A stretch of 44,098 nt of DNA from Vicinamibacterales bacterium (GCA_036795065.1 DAIRFN010000004.1:1-44098), one strand, 5' to 3'; positions 1 to 9,581 are shown, counted from the stretch's first letter. Notes: generated by a model not told the origin, from the sequence alone. Translations and numbers: made by a program.

Positions 1-368
1 CACGGCCGGCCCAGGTGGATGATGGGAAACATCGCGCCGATCATCAGCGCAAAGACGGTGATGACCTCGGCGCAGCGCGTGACCGGGCGGCGCCAGCGCG
101 CGTTCACCAGGCGCAGGATGGCCGAGATGAGCGTGCCCGCGTGGCTGATGCCGATCCAGAACACGAAGTTGGTGAGGTAGAAGCCCCAGAACACGGGCCA
201 GTTGATGCCCGCCACGCCGATGCCGTACCAGAGCTGATAGCCCCAGGCGGCCGCGCCCGCGAGCACCACCGTCGCCAGGACCAGCACGGCCCCGTAGAAC
301 CACACGGAGGTGTGGAAGAGCGGGCGGACCAGGTCGTCGGCCAGCGGGTTATTGCGCGTCCGGTTCAT
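1..368 (-). CDS. NrfD/ActC-type polytopic membrane subunit (N-terminal part; gene runs off the left edge)
   Basis: Manual minus-strand translation from ATG at 368: MNRTRNNPLADDLVRPLFHTSVWFYG...INWPVFWGFYLTNFVFWIGISHAGTLISAILRLVNARWRRP..., a hydrophobic NrfD/PsrC-like signature. Overlaps the stop of the upstream Fe-S subunit by 20 nt. Absent from the ORF track because it has no stop codon inside the window. Confidence 0.8.
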   Translation of the reverse strand, partial: MNRTRNNPLADDLVRPLFHTSVWFYGAVLVLATVVLAGAAAWGYQLWYGIGVAGINWPVFWGFYLTNFVFWIGISHAGTLISAILRLVNARWRRPVTRCAEVITVFALMIGAMFPIIHLGRP

Positions 369-1062
369 GCCACCCCTGCCGTTGGAGGTAGGTGATCTTG
401 GGTTCGGCCCCGTGCTCCTCGAGGAGCTTCGAGCCTCGTGGCGACTCCGCCAGGCGCGCCACGCGGCTCTCGGGGTCGTTCAGGTCGCCGAAGACGAGCG
501 CGCCGGCCGGGCACGCCTGGGCGCAGGCGGGCTGCAGCGCGCCATCCACCAGTTCGCGCTTCTCGGCCTTCGCGCCCGACTTGGCGGCCTTGATCCGCTG
601 CACGCAGAACGTGCACTTCTCCATCACGCCCGATTCGCGAAGCGAGACATCGGGGTTCAGCTGCAACTGCAGCGGCTTCTCCCACTGCGGGTGGAAGAAG
701 TTGAAGAACCGGACGTTGTACATGCAGGCGTTGCCGCAGTAGCGCGTGCCGATGCAGCGGTTGTAGACCTGCGCGTTCAGCCCCTCGTCCGTCTGGTGGC
801 TGGCGTAGGTGGGGCACACGGCCTCGCACGGCGCGTTGTCGCATTGCTGGCACAGCACCGGCCGGAACTTCACGCGTGCCTCGGGGAACTCGCCCTCCCA
901 ATAGCGTTCGACGCGAATCCAGTGCATGGCGCGCCCGCGCGCGGCCTCCTCGGCGCCCACGGTGGGTATGTTGTTCTCGGCGTGGCAGGCCGTCACGCAG
1001 GCCTCGCAGCCCGTGCAGCGGTCCAGATCCACGACCATGCCCCAGCGATGTGCCATCCTCAC
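349..1062 (-). CDS. 4Fe-4S ferredoxin-type subunit of a CISM/alternative-complex-III-like oxidoreductase (ActB2/PsrB-like)
   Basis: 237-aa ORF with several ferredoxin Cys clusters (CTGCEACVTAC, CQQCDNAPCEAVC, CIGTRYCGNAC, CTFC...CAQAC). Start overlaps the stop of the upstream Mo-fold subunit by 4 nt. Confidence 0.9.
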   Translation of the reverse strand: MRMAHRWGMVVDLDRCTGCEACVTACHAENNIPTVGAEEAARGRAMHWIRVERYWEGEFPEARVKFRPVLCQQCDNAPCEAVCPTYASHQTDEGLNAQVYNRCIGTRYCGNACMYNVRFFNFFHPQWEKPLQLQLNPDVSLRESGVMEKCTFCVQRIKAAKSGAKAEKRELVDGALQPACAQACPAGALVFGDLNDPESRVARLAESPRGSKLLEEHGAEPKITYLQRQGWHEPDAQ

Positions 1063-3221
1063 CCTCTTCCGTGGTGTTCGGGACGCTCGCGGGTGGCCCC
1101 GGCAAACAGCACCAGGCTGCCATCCGGACCGCCCACCTTCGCCAGCTTCACCCGCGTGGCCGACCAGGCCAGCGCGCCGGTGCCCGGCTCCTCGATGGGC
1201 GCGAGCACGCGCACGGGGTTGGTGCCGCGCCCGCTGGCGTAGCGCGTGAACGTGTCGTGCCCCTGGCCCACGGGCATCGCGACGGCGTCGGGACCGATGC
1301 CGGGAGAGAGGAGGGCCGGCGCCCGCACCGAGCCGTGCGCCGAGGTGACCTCCACCAGGTCACCCTGTGCGATGCCGAGTTGCTCGGCGGTGTGGGCGTT
1401 GATCTCGACCCACGAGCACCACATCGCGGTGGTGATGGGATCGGGCAGCTCCTGCAGCCAGGGCAGGTGCGCCAGCGATCCGTCGTAAAGCGCCTGCGAC
1501 GCGTAGGGCAGGAAGTGGAATGGGTACGTCGCCGCGTCCCCGTCGAACGTGGCATCCGTCCACTGCACGGGGGAGGCGGCGGTGGCACGCGCGGGTGGCG
1601 CCGTGTCGGCAATCTCCCTCGGCGTTTGCACCATCTCCTCGAAGGTCTGCCACGGGAGCGGCGGGTCGAGCGGGCGCTTCAACCGGCGTCCCACTTCGAG
1701 CAGCACATCGGGCATGGCGCGCGTGGTATAGAGCGGGCGCATGGCAGGCGGCGCGGTGGTCGCAACAGCCTCGGCAACACCCGATTCCGGCCACGACTCG
1801 GTCCACGATTCGAGGAACGAGTGATCGGGGAGGATGAGATCCGCGAGCGTACTGGTCTCATCGAGGAAGCACCCGAACGAGACGATGAACGGGATCCTCC
1901 GGAGCGCGTCGGCCACCTTTGCCGCCGGCGGGGTCGCGAAGACCGGATTGGCCTCGTCCAGCAGGAGCATCTGCGGTGCCGGCGACGCGCTCACCAGGTC
2001 CCGCAGCGAGCGGGCGGGCCGTGCCAGTGGGGTAGCGGTCGGGGTGAACGAGATGCCGCCGGGCGCGTCGATGCTGCCGACGAGCGCGTTGAGCGCGTTC
2101 ACCGCGAGTGCCTGCGCCGCGCCGTTGGCGTGCGCCAGCGCCGCGCCGCCAATCACCGCCACGGCTGGGCCGTGGGCGGCGAATTCCTTCGCGAGGCGCT
2201 CGAGGCGCGCGGCTCGCACGCCGGTGCGCTGCTCGACTTCGGCCGGGGCGAATGCCGGCAGGCCAGACGCCCATCCGTCCACGAGCGCGCCCGCGCGGCC
2301 TGCGGCCGTCGCAGGGCGGAGATCGTCTCGCATGATCACGTGCGCCAGGCCGAGGGCGACCACACCTTCGGTGCCGGGCTTGACGGCCACCCATTCATCC
2401 GCGCTCGCCCCGGTCTGCGACACGCGCGGTTCCACCTGCACGAACTTCGCACGCGCACCCGGCTGACCCTGACGCATGCGGCCGTAGGCCACGGTCTGCG
2501 CCACCGGCGAGTTCCACGTGCCGAGGAAGTCTGCCCCGAAACCAATCACATAACGCGTGCGTGCGAGGTCCAGCGTGGGCAGCTGGTAGCGGCCGAAGCT
2601 GAGTTCGTTGGCGTGCCTCGCCACCGCATCGTCGAACAGCTCGAACGAGACGGGCGCCGGCGCGCCGAGCCCTCGCAGGAACTCGGCGACCAGCTCCTGC
2701 CGGCGGCCGGACCGGGGACGGCCGAGAAACGCGAGGGCGCCCGCCTGGCCGCCTTCGGCCAGCGAGTCGATCCGGCCAACCAGGTCGGCCAGCGCGTCGT
2801 CCCACGAGACTTCCTGGAACGTGCCGCTGCCGCGCTCGCCCGTGCGGCGCAGCGGTGTGGCGATGCGATCGGGGTGGTAGGTCACCTGCAGCGCGGCCTG
2901 GCCGCGCACGCAGATCCGGCCCTGGCTGACGGCGTGTGCCGGATCACCTTCGAGCTTGCGGGCGAGGCCCATGCGCGTGACGCCGGGCTGGCCGTTCCTG
3001 AACACCTCGGCGTCGCCGTCCATGACGCGGGCCTGCACCCCGCAGCCCGCGCTGCAGAGGGGACACACGCTCGGCTTCCACACCGCGATGCCCGGCGTGA
3101 GCTCCTCTTCGGGCACGAAGCGGATGATCTGGTTTTCGGGGTGCCCGCAGCTGGCCAGCGCGGCGCTGGTGCCCGTGATGGCGGTGACCTTCAGGAACCG
3201 TCGGCGATCCATGGGCGTCAT
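1059..3221 (-). CDS. Molybdopterin-oxidoreductase-fold subunit with Tat signal (ActB1-like)
   Basis: 720-aa ORF. Twin-arginine leader MTPMDRRRFLKVTAITGTSAALASC. N-terminal CPLCSAGCG Fe-S motif typical of MopB-family catalytic subunits. Sits between a multiheme cytochrome and an Fe-S subunit. Confidence 0.9.
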   Translation of the reverse strand: MTPMDRRRFLKVTAITGTSAALASCGHPENQIIRFVPEEELTPGIAVWKPSVCPLCSAGCGVQARVMDGDAEVFRNGQPGVTRMGLARKLEGDPAHAVSQGRICVRGQAALQVTYHPDRIATPLRRTGERGSGTFQEVSWDDALADLVGRIDSLAEGGQAGALAFLGRPRSGRRQELVAEFLRGLGAPAPVSFELFDDAVARHANELSFGRYQLPTLDLARTRYVIGFGADFLGTWNSPVAQTVAYGRMRQGQPGARAKFVQVEPRVSQTGASADEWVAVKPGTEGVVALGLAHVIMRDDLRPATAAGRAGALVDGWASGLPAFAPAEVEQRTGVRAARLERLAKEFAAHGPAVAVIGGAALAHANGAAQALAVNALNALVGSIDAPGGISFTPTATPLARPARSLRDLVSASPAPQMLLLDEANPVFATPPAAKVADALRRIPFIVSFGCFLDETSTLADLILPDHSFLESWTESWPESGVAEAVATTAPPAMRPLYTTRAMPDVLLEVGRRLKRPLDPPLPWQTFEEMVQTPREIADTAPPARATAASPVQWTDATFDGDAATYPFHFLPYASQALYDGSLAHLPWLQELPDPITTAMWCSWVEINAHTAEQLGIAQGDLVEVTSAHGSVRAPALLSPGIGPDAVAMPVGQGHDTFTRYASGRGTNPVRVLAPIEEPGTGALAWSATRVKLAKVGGPDGSLVLFAGATRERPEHHGRG

Positions 3222-3234
3222 CGGGGGGCTGAAA

Positions 3235-3873
3235 TCAGTAGTGGCAGGTCAGGCAGTCGTTCGACGCCTGCTTGGTCTTGTGGCAGTTCACGCAGAAGGC
3301 CATGTCCATCTCCACCACGCGCCGGGCCACGGTCTGCTGCTTCATGTCGCCGTGACAGGTGGAACAGTCCACGCCGGCGCGGATGTGCGGCGCGTGCTCG
3401 AAACGCACGTGCGCCTCGCGCGTGTAGCCGTAGACTCGCGGCCACGTCAGGTCCAGTCCTTTCTCCTGCATGGCGGTGAGCGACTGGATGATGGGCCGAT
3501 CCGTGGCGATCTGCGAGTGGCAGATCATGCAGGTGTTCACGCTGGGGAGGCCCGCGACCGGCCCGCGTTCGACACCCTCGTGGCAGTCCGTGCACACGAG
3601 CTCTTTCTCGAGGTGCAATTGATGGCTGAACGCCACGGGCTGCTCGACCTCGGGCCGTACGCCGAAGAAGGCGCGAAAGGCGTCCCCGGCCGAGCGGTGG
3701 GCCGTGGTGAACACCGACGGCGTGCCCCAGCGCGACGGCTGCGCCAGGCGCTGGGCCTGCTGGTGCTCGGCACGGCCGGACGAATTGCAGGCCGCCGCGG
3801 CCGCCCAGACCGCGGCGAGCAGGACGGCGACGGCGAGCCGGCGGCCGCCGAGCTTACTTCGCGACACCGCCAA
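3235..3873 (-). CDS. Pentaheme c-type cytochrome (ActA-like)
   Basis: 212-aa ORF with N-terminal hydrophobic anchor or lipobox (AAAAC) and five CxxCH motifs: CTDCH, CMICH, CSTCH, CVNCH, CLTCH. Confidence 0.9.
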   Translation of the reverse strand: MAVSRSKLGGRRLAVAVLLAAVWAAAAACNSSGRAEHQQAQRLAQPSRWGTPSVFTTAHRSAGDAFRAFFGVRPEVEQPVAFSHQLHLEKELVCTDCHEGVERGPVAGLPSVNTCMICHSQIATDRPIIQSLTAMQEKGLDLTWPRVYGYTREAHVRFEHAPHIRAGVDCSTCHGDMKQQTVARRVVEMDMAFCVNCHKTKQASNDCLTCHY

Positions 3874-4279
3874 GACTGCGGACGTAGTTCACGAGGTGCC
3901 AGGTGTCCTGATCGCTGAGCTTGCCCTTCAGGCCCTTCATCTTGAAGTCGGGGCCCGCACCCTCCTGGATGACGACGAAGATTTCGCCGTCACTCGACCC
4001 GCGGTCCCAGGTGGTGTCGGCAAGGTTCGAGGGCTTCATGTCCTTGGGGGCCGACGGGCTGTCGCCGCGCCCCGTCGCGCCGTGGCAGAAGCGGCAGTAT
4101 TTCTGGTAGAGCTGCTGGCCGGTGGCGACCGAGGCGGCGTTCGCGGCAACCGGGTTCTTCAGCTTGGCGGCCACCGCGCGCGGTGTCTGCTGCTGCGCGG
4201 CTTGCGCCGCAAGGCCGACGGCCATCGCGGCCACCCACATGGTCGTGATTCCCCACCCCAGCGCACACCGTCGGCTCAT
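3854..4279 (-). CDS. Monoheme class-I c-type cytochrome, exported
   Basis: 141-aa ORF with a signal-like N-terminus and a single CRFCH heme motif. 3' end overlaps the start of the pentaheme gene by 20 nt (same operon). Confidence 0.85.
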   Translation of the reverse strand: MSRRCALGWGITTMWVAAMAVGLAAQAAQQQTPRAVAAKLKNPVAANAASVATGQQLYQKYCRFCHGATGRGDSPSAPKDMKPSNLADTTWDRGSSDGEIFVVIQEGAGPDFKMKGLKGKLSDQDTWHLVNYVRSLGGVAK

Positions 4280-4449
4280 TCCCCTGTCTCCCTCGCGCGT
4301 ATTGACCTATGCATTCCCCGGTGGTGATTGATGCGGGTTAGAGATGACCCTCACAGCCGAGTGTCGCATCGTCACACAGGGCCGACTGGAATGCAACCAA
4401 ATGTCACCTTAGCCCCTCGTGCTACTCTCCCGCTGAGCTTCTGATCCGC

Positions 4450-5793
4450 ATGCGTATCGTGATCGCGGGCGGCGGACAGGTCGGGTCGTCGCTCGCCAGG
4501 ACCCTCGCCGCCCACCACGAAGTCTTCGTCATCGACCACGATCCCGAGGTCGCGGACCTCTTCCATTCGATGGACGTGGAGTTCCTCCTCGGTAGCGGCA
4601 CCAGCGAAGAAGTGCTCGCCCGGGCCGGCGTGGATGCCGCCGACTTCTTCGTGGCCGCCACCGGGCTGGACGAAGTCAACATCGTGGCCTGTGCCCTGGC
4701 CAGCCGCCTGGGACGCCCCCAGACCATCTGTCTCGTTTCGCGGGCGGAGTTCCTGGGCACCTCGGAGAAGGGCGGGGGACTCGCCGCCTTCGGCATCAAC
4801 CGTGTGGTGTGGCCCGAGGCCCAGCTCGCGGCCGACATCGAGCGCATCGTCACCGTGCCGGGCGCCATCGACGCGGAGGTCTTCGCCGGCGGCATCGTCC
4901 GCCTGCTCGAGTACCGCCTCGACGAGGGCTCGCCGCTGACCGCCGCCACCCTGGGTGGGCTCCACCTGCCGCGCGGCTCGCTCATCGTGGCGGTCAAGCG
5001 CGGCGGCCGCATCTTCGTCCCGCGCGGCACCACGCGCCTGGAGGCCGGCGACAAGGTCGTGGTGATGGGGACGCCCGATGCGATGCACGCGGTCGAGACG
5101 CTGCTGCATCCGGCGCGGGGCGGCGGACGGCTGCAGGTGACGATCATCGGCGGCGGCGATGTCGGCCTGCAGCTCGCCCAGCGGCTGGAGCAGATCCCGT
5201 CGCTCGACCTCCGCGTGCTCGAGCGCGATCCGGACCGCGGCGCCATGCTGGCGGCGACGCTCGAACGGACGCTCGTGCTCAACGGCGACGGCACCGACCT
5301 GGAGTTCCTGGAGTCCGAGAACGTCGGCCGGAGCGACGTGCTGGTGTCGGTGATCGACAACGATGAGCGGAACCTGCTGGCCTCGCTCCTGGGCCGCCAG
5401 CTGGGCGTGCCCAAAGTGATTACGCGGGTCGGCCGGCCCGCGAACCTCCGCCTGTTCGAGCGCGTCGGCATCGACGTGGCCATCTCGGCACGCGGCGCCG
5501 CCGTCGCGTCGATCCTGCACCAGATCACCGGAGGCGCCAGCAGCCTGCTGGCCGTCGTCGAGCACGGGGAAGCGCGCGTGTTCGAGCTGACGGTCTCGCC
5601 CTCGTTCGTGTCGCGCCAGCTGAAGGACATGGGCACCTCCGAGGACGCCATCGTCGCCGCCATCGTGCGCGGCGACCGCGCCATCGTGCCCCGCGGCGAC
5701 GACGTGATCCAGGCGGGCGATCGCATCCTGATCTTCTCCACCGAGGACGCGTCCAATCGCGTGCGGCTGTACTTCACTCCCGAAAGCACCTGA
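4450..5793 (+). CDS. trkA: Trk potassium uptake system NAD-binding subunit TrkA (tandem RCK domains)
   Basis: 447 aa. N-terminal Rossmann motif MRIVIAGGGQVGSSLA and a second IIGGGDVGLQLA repeat. Followed directly by trkH. Confidence 0.93.
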   Translation: MRIVIAGGGQVGSSLARTLAAHHEVFVIDHDPEVADLFHSMDVEFLLGSGTSEEVLARAGVDAADFFVAATGLDEVNIVACALASRLGRPQTICLVSRAEFLGTSEKGGGLAAFGINRVVWPEAQLAADIERIVTVPGAIDAEVFAGGIVRLLEYRLDEGSPLTAATLGGLHLPRGSLIVAVKRGGRIFVPRGTTRLEAGDKVVVMGTPDAMHAVETLLHPARGGGRLQVTIIGGGDVGLQLAQRLEQIPSLDLRVLERDPDRGAMLAATLERTLVLNGDGTDLEFLESENVGRSDVLVSVIDNDERNLLASLLGRQLGVPKVITRVGRPANLRLFERVGIDVAISARGAAVASILHQITGGASSLLAVVEHGEARVFELTVSPSFVSRQLKDMGTSEDAIVAAIVRGDRAIVPRGDDVIQAGDRILIFSTEDASNRVRLYFTPEST

Positions 5794-5818
5794 CCCAGCG
5801 GCGTCCCCGCCCACACCG

Positions 5819-7366
5819 ATGCGGTACTCCCTTGTCGTCCACCTGTGCGGCGTGCTGGTCCGCCTCTTCGGCGCCATGTTCCTGGCGCCGCTGGCCGTGG
5901 CGCTCTACTACCGCGAGTTCCGCGACGCGCAGGGATTTGCCGTCGCGGCGGTGGTGACCGTGGTGCTCGGGCACCTGATGCGCCGCGCCGGAGGGACCTC
6001 AGCCGAGGAGGCCGTGGAGCGCATGCGCCGGGTGGAGGGCCTGGCCGTCGTGTCCGCCTCCTGGCTTCTCATCGCGCACCTGGCGGCCATTCCCTACGCC
6101 TGGGTGGGCGTGGGGCCCATCGACGCGCTGTTCGAGTCGATGTCGGGGCTCACCACCACCGGGGCCACCGTCTTCCGCGACTTCTCGCTCTTCGGGCGTG
6201 GCATCTTCTTCTGGCGATCGATGACCCAGTGGCTGGGCGGGATGGGGGTCATCGCGCTCTTCGTCGCCGTGCTGCCGCGCCTCGCCATCGGCGGGCGCGA
6301 GCTGTTCTTCGCCGAGGCGCCGGGGCCGAGCGAGGAGAGGGTGAGCCCGCAGATTCGCCGGACCGCCTCGCTGCTCTGGCGCCTGTATGCGGGCCTGACG
6401 CTGCTGCAGGTGCTGGCCCTGTCGATGGCCGGCCTCTCGCTGTTCGACGCCGTCTGCCACGCGATGACCACGCTCGCAGCCGGCGGGTTCTCGCCGCACC
6501 CGCAATCGGTCGGGGGCTACCAGAACCCGGCGGTGGAGTGGATCATCATCGCCTTCATGTTCGTGGCGGGCGCGAACTTCGCGCTGCAGTACCGGGCGCT
6601 CGCCAGGCGCGACTTCCGAATCCTCGCCGCCGACGACGAACTGCGCGCGTACGCGACGGTCGTGGCCGTGGCGACCGTGCTGCTCGTGCTGGCCCTCGGG
6701 AGCGGCGAAGGGATCGTGCCCACGACGCGAACGGCCCTCTTCCAGGTGCTGTCCATCCTGACGACGACCGGCTATGCCAGCGTGGACTTCCAGCTCTGGA
6801 GCGAGCAGGCCAAGATGGTGCTCCTGGTCCTGATGTTCATCGGCGGGTGCGCGGGCTCAGCCTCCGGCGGTCCGAAGGTGGTCCGGCACGTCCTGCTGGC
6901 GCGCTACACGCTCCTGAGCCTCCGCCGAACGCTGCACCCTCGTGCCATCCTGCCGGTGAAGCTGGGAGGACGGGTCGTGCCCGAGCCGATTCTCCAGGTC
7001 GTGGTGGTGTTCTTCCTCTTCTACCTGCTCGTGTTCTCCATCTGCACCGGCGTGGTCGTTGCGCTGGGCGCCGACATCGTGACCGGCCTGACCGCAACGA
7101 TTGCCTGCCTGGGCAACATCGGCCCCGGCTTCAACCAGGTGGGCCCGATGGCACACTACGCGGATCTTCATCCGGTGAGCCTCGTGACACTGACCCTCGC
7201 GATGTGGATCGGCCGCCTCGAGGTGCTCACCGTGCTGGTCGTGCTGAGGCCCGAGGTGTGGCGGTCGGGGCAGTGGTCGGCGGAACCGCGCCACGTGCGC
7301 GAGCAGGTGAGTCCCGTTGACGGTCACGTCAGCGCTCGTCCCGCGCGCACGCGATCCACGACGTGA
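5819..7366 (+). CDS. trkH: Trk potassium transporter membrane subunit TrkH
   Basis: 515-aa polytopic ORF with TrkH-type selectivity-filter segments (MSGLTTTGAT, TTLAAGGFS, ILTTTGYAS, CLGNIGPG). 25 nt downstream of trkA. Confidence 0.93.
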   Translation: MRYSLVVHLCGVLVRLFGAMFLAPLAVALYYREFRDAQGFAVAAVVTVVLGHLMRRAGGTSAEEAVERMRRVEGLAVVSASWLLIAHLAAIPYAWVGVGPIDALFESMSGLTTTGATVFRDFSLFGRGIFFWRSMTQWLGGMGVIALFVAVLPRLAIGGRELFFAEAPGPSEERVSPQIRRTASLLWRLYAGLTLLQVLALSMAGLSLFDAVCHAMTTLAAGGFSPHPQSVGGYQNPAVEWIIIAFMFVAGANFALQYRALARRDFRILAADDELRAYATVVAVATVLLVLALGSGEGIVPTTRTALFQVLSILTTTGYASVDFQLWSEQAKMVLLVLMFIGGCAGSASGGPKVVRHVLLARYTLLSLRRTLHPRAILPVKLGGRVVPEPILQVVVVFFLFYLLVFSICTGVVVALGADIVTGLTATIACLGNIGPGFNQVGPMAHYADLHPVSLVTLTLAMWIGRLEVLTVLVVLRPEVWRSGQWSAEPRHVREQVSPVDGHVSARPARTRSTT

Positions 7367-7384
7367 GGTCCTGGAGCAAGCCGC

Positions 7385-8106
7385 TCAGCGTCCCTGTCGG
7401 ACCAGTTCCACCCGCCGGTTCCTGCCTGCCCTCTGGTGACGTGTTCGATGCCACCGGGCGTGTCTCGCCGAAGCCTTCCGTCTCGAGCCGCGCCGTATCG
7501 ACCCCGTACGTGGCGACGGGAAACGCCTTCACGGCTGCCGCGCGGCGCTTCGAGAGATCGAGGTTGTGCGTGTCCTCGCCGTCGGCGTCGGTATGGCCTT
7601 CGATGCTCAGCCGCAGGTCCTTGTGCCGCGTCAGCATGTCGCCGATCGCCTTGAGCGTGGGTGTCGACTCCGGACGGATGACGTCGCTGTCGACGGCGAA
7701 GAGAATGCCCTGCGTGGCCACCCGCCCATCGCGGGCGAGCGCGTCGTACAGGTCACGTCCGCCAGCCGCAATGCGCACTGGCCCAATCATCACGGGATGC
7801 GTGTCGGACGCCGAGCTCACGCTGAAGACGAGCGCGTTCGTGCGCGCAGGCGGCGTTCGGCACGTTCGCCACCCGCTGCTCGTTCACGTACATCTTCAGG
7901 TACGCGCCATCGGCCACGATGCGGACGGTCACGAGCGAGTCGCGGTCCGTGCCCGGCGTCCGCCTGGTCATGGTCACGGGGCCCTGCTTGTGCGCGGGCA
8001 GCCCGGCCTGTGAGAATTCGAGGCTCGGCCGCGAGCCTGCGTCGGTGCGATCTCCGTGGTAGACCCCGGCGGTGCTGACCCGCACGTAGGCATTGCCATG
8101 CTGCAC
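7385..8106 (-). pseudogene. OmpA-C-like peptidoglycan-binding protein, frame-disrupted twice and lacking a signal peptide (pseudogene or assembly indels)
   Basis: Three minus-strand frames must be joined. Frame A: (GTG 8106) QHGNAYVRVSTAG...YLKMYVNEQRVANVPNA. Frame B: ARTNALVFSVSSASDTHPVMIGPVRI...ILFAVDSDVIRPES...IEGHTDADGEDTHNLDLSKRRAAAV...NTSPEGRQ. Frame C: NRRVELVRQGR then TGA at 7387-7385. The canonical OmpA_C ending GR.NRRVEL is only recovered after the second shift. Confidence 0.6.
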
Positions 8107-8117
8107 GCTCGCCGGTC

Positions 8118-9488
8118 TCACTTTCCGTTTGGGGGAATGTTCACGTTGAGGTGGAACACGTTGTCCGGGTCGTATTTCGACTTGACCGTGCGCAGCCGCG
8201 CAAGGTTCGGCCCGTAGGCGGCCGCCAGCGCTGAATCCCCGGCGTCGTCGTGGTCGAGGTAGTTCACGTAGCGGCTGGGCCCGACAAACGGCTTGAGGGC
8301 GGCGTAGGTGTCCCGCGCCCACTTCGTGTTGACTGCGTCGTCGCCCGGCGCCAGCCACTCCGACATCACCAGGACGTTGAAGCCGCTGGTCCTGAGGGCG
8401 TACGCGGTATCGGTGGGAGCGACGCGCGCGACCGCACCGTGGAAGTGCTCGATGATGACGCTCCCCAGCGGCGACGGACACGCCAGGGCGCCTTCGACGA
8501 CACCGTCGATGGCGCCGTCGGTCATCTCCGGAAAGAAATGCGACTTCCAGTAATTGCGCGCGCCCCGCGGGAACGACGCGTCGAGCATGCCGTTCAGTGC
8601 CGTGTACGGAATCGGTCCCATCGCATCCATGGCCGGCTGACCGAACGACTTGATCGGCGCGAGCGCCGCGTCCGCGCCCGCGGCGGACCCGAAGTAGCCC
8701 GCCACGATCGCCGCCAGCTTCGTGACGCCGTCAGGTCCGGTCAGGACCGCCGCGACCAGCATCAGGTCGTCTGGCGCCGTGGCGGCGAGATCGCGGTACA
8801 GGCGCAGCACGTCGTGCGCGCGGTCGGCCGTCCAGGCCACGAGGCCTCCGTGCACGACGGGCCCCACCTCATGCAGGCGGAACCCGAACGACGACGCGAC
8901 GCCGAAGTTGCCACCGCCGCCGCGGACTGCCCAGAACAGGTCGGGGTGTTGGTCGGCGCTGGTCGTGACGATGCGGCCATCCGCGAGGACCAGTTCGACG
9001 TCGAGGAGGTTGTCGAGGGCCATGCCGTGCTTCGGCATCAGCCAGCCCAGCCCGCCGCCAAGGGTGAGCCCGCCGACGCCGGTGCTCGAGACGACGCCAC
9101 CGGTGGTCGCCAGTCCGTGGGCCTGCGTCTCGAGATTGAAGTGCCCCCAGCGGGTGCCGCCGGCGACCCGGGCCGTACGGGCGGCCGGATCCACCTGCAC
9201 GTATTGCATCGGCGACAGGTCGACCATCATGCCGTCGTCGACGGTGGCGCGGCCCGACACGTTGTGGCCGCCGCCGCGCACCGCGATCTCGAGACCGTGC
9301 TCGCGCGCGAAGCGCACGGCGGCCGCGATGTCGGCACTGCCGCGGCACTGCGCGATGACCGCCGGCCGCTTGTCCACGAGCCCGTTGTGCACGCGCCGAG
9401 CGTCGTCCCACCCGGGGGTGTCGGGCTGGAGCAGCTGACCGCTGAAGGTCTTCGAAAGCTCGGCGAGGGCGGGCGACAGGCTGGCCAT
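8118..9488 (-). CDS. FAD-linked oxidase with C-terminal berberine-bridge (BBE) domain
   Basis: Only the last 456 aa of the 707-aa track ORF look real. Starts MASLSPALAEL with AGGAGG 4 nt upstream. FAD_binding_4-like RGGGHN...GGGLGW segments. C-terminal YVNYLD...YDPDNVFHLNVNI BBE signature. Confidence 0.9.
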   Translation of the reverse strand: MASLSPALAELSKTFSGQLLQPDTPGWDDARRVHNGLVDKRPAVIAQCRGSADIAAAVRFAREHGLEIAVRGGGHNVSGRATVDDGMMVDLSPMQYVQVDPAARTARVAGGTRWGHFNLETQAHGLATTGGVVSSTGVGGLTLGGGLGWLMPKHGMALDNLLDVELVLADGRIVTTSADQHPDLFWAVRGGGGNFGVASSFGFRLHEVGPVVHGGLVAWTADRAHDVLRLYRDLAATAPDDLMLVAAVLTGPDGVTKLAAIVAGYFGSAAGADAALAPIKSFGQPAMDAMGPIPYTALNGMLDASFPRGARNYWKSHFFPEMTDGAIDGVVEGALACPSPLGSVIIEHFHGAVARVAPTDTAYALRTSGFNVLVMSEWLAPGDDAVNTKWARDTYAALKPFVGPSRYVNYLDHDDAGDSALAAAYGPNLARLRTVKSKYDPDNVFHLNVNIPPNGK

Positions 9489-9581
9489 GGACGTCCTCCT
9501 TCTGGTTGGTACGGGCGGGACGAGGGACGCCGGATGATACATTGAGCGCGGGAAGAGAGCGCGTTTTCGTGGAGGTGGGCC

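Noticed and set aside
876-3479. 867-aa plus-strand ORF, with many similar long ORFs elsewhere (4372-5877 minus, 15624-17057 minus, 26983-28611 plus, 41482-43221 minus, 36117-37250 minus, 10673-11683 minus).
   Set aside because: They run antisense to or out of frame with genes that have clear family signatures. Their composition is Arg/Gly/Pro/Ala-rich with no motifs. This is the typical absence of stop codons in non-coding frames of very GC-rich DNA.
4280-4449. Possible riboswitch (for example c-di-AMP/ydaO-type) or structured leader upstream of trkA.
   Set aside because: I could not find the conserved ydaO-type sequence blocks or a convincing pseudo-two-fold structure. Only a weak TTGACC-N17-TGATTG promoter-like pair is visible. 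A covariance-model scan is needed before anything can be claimed.
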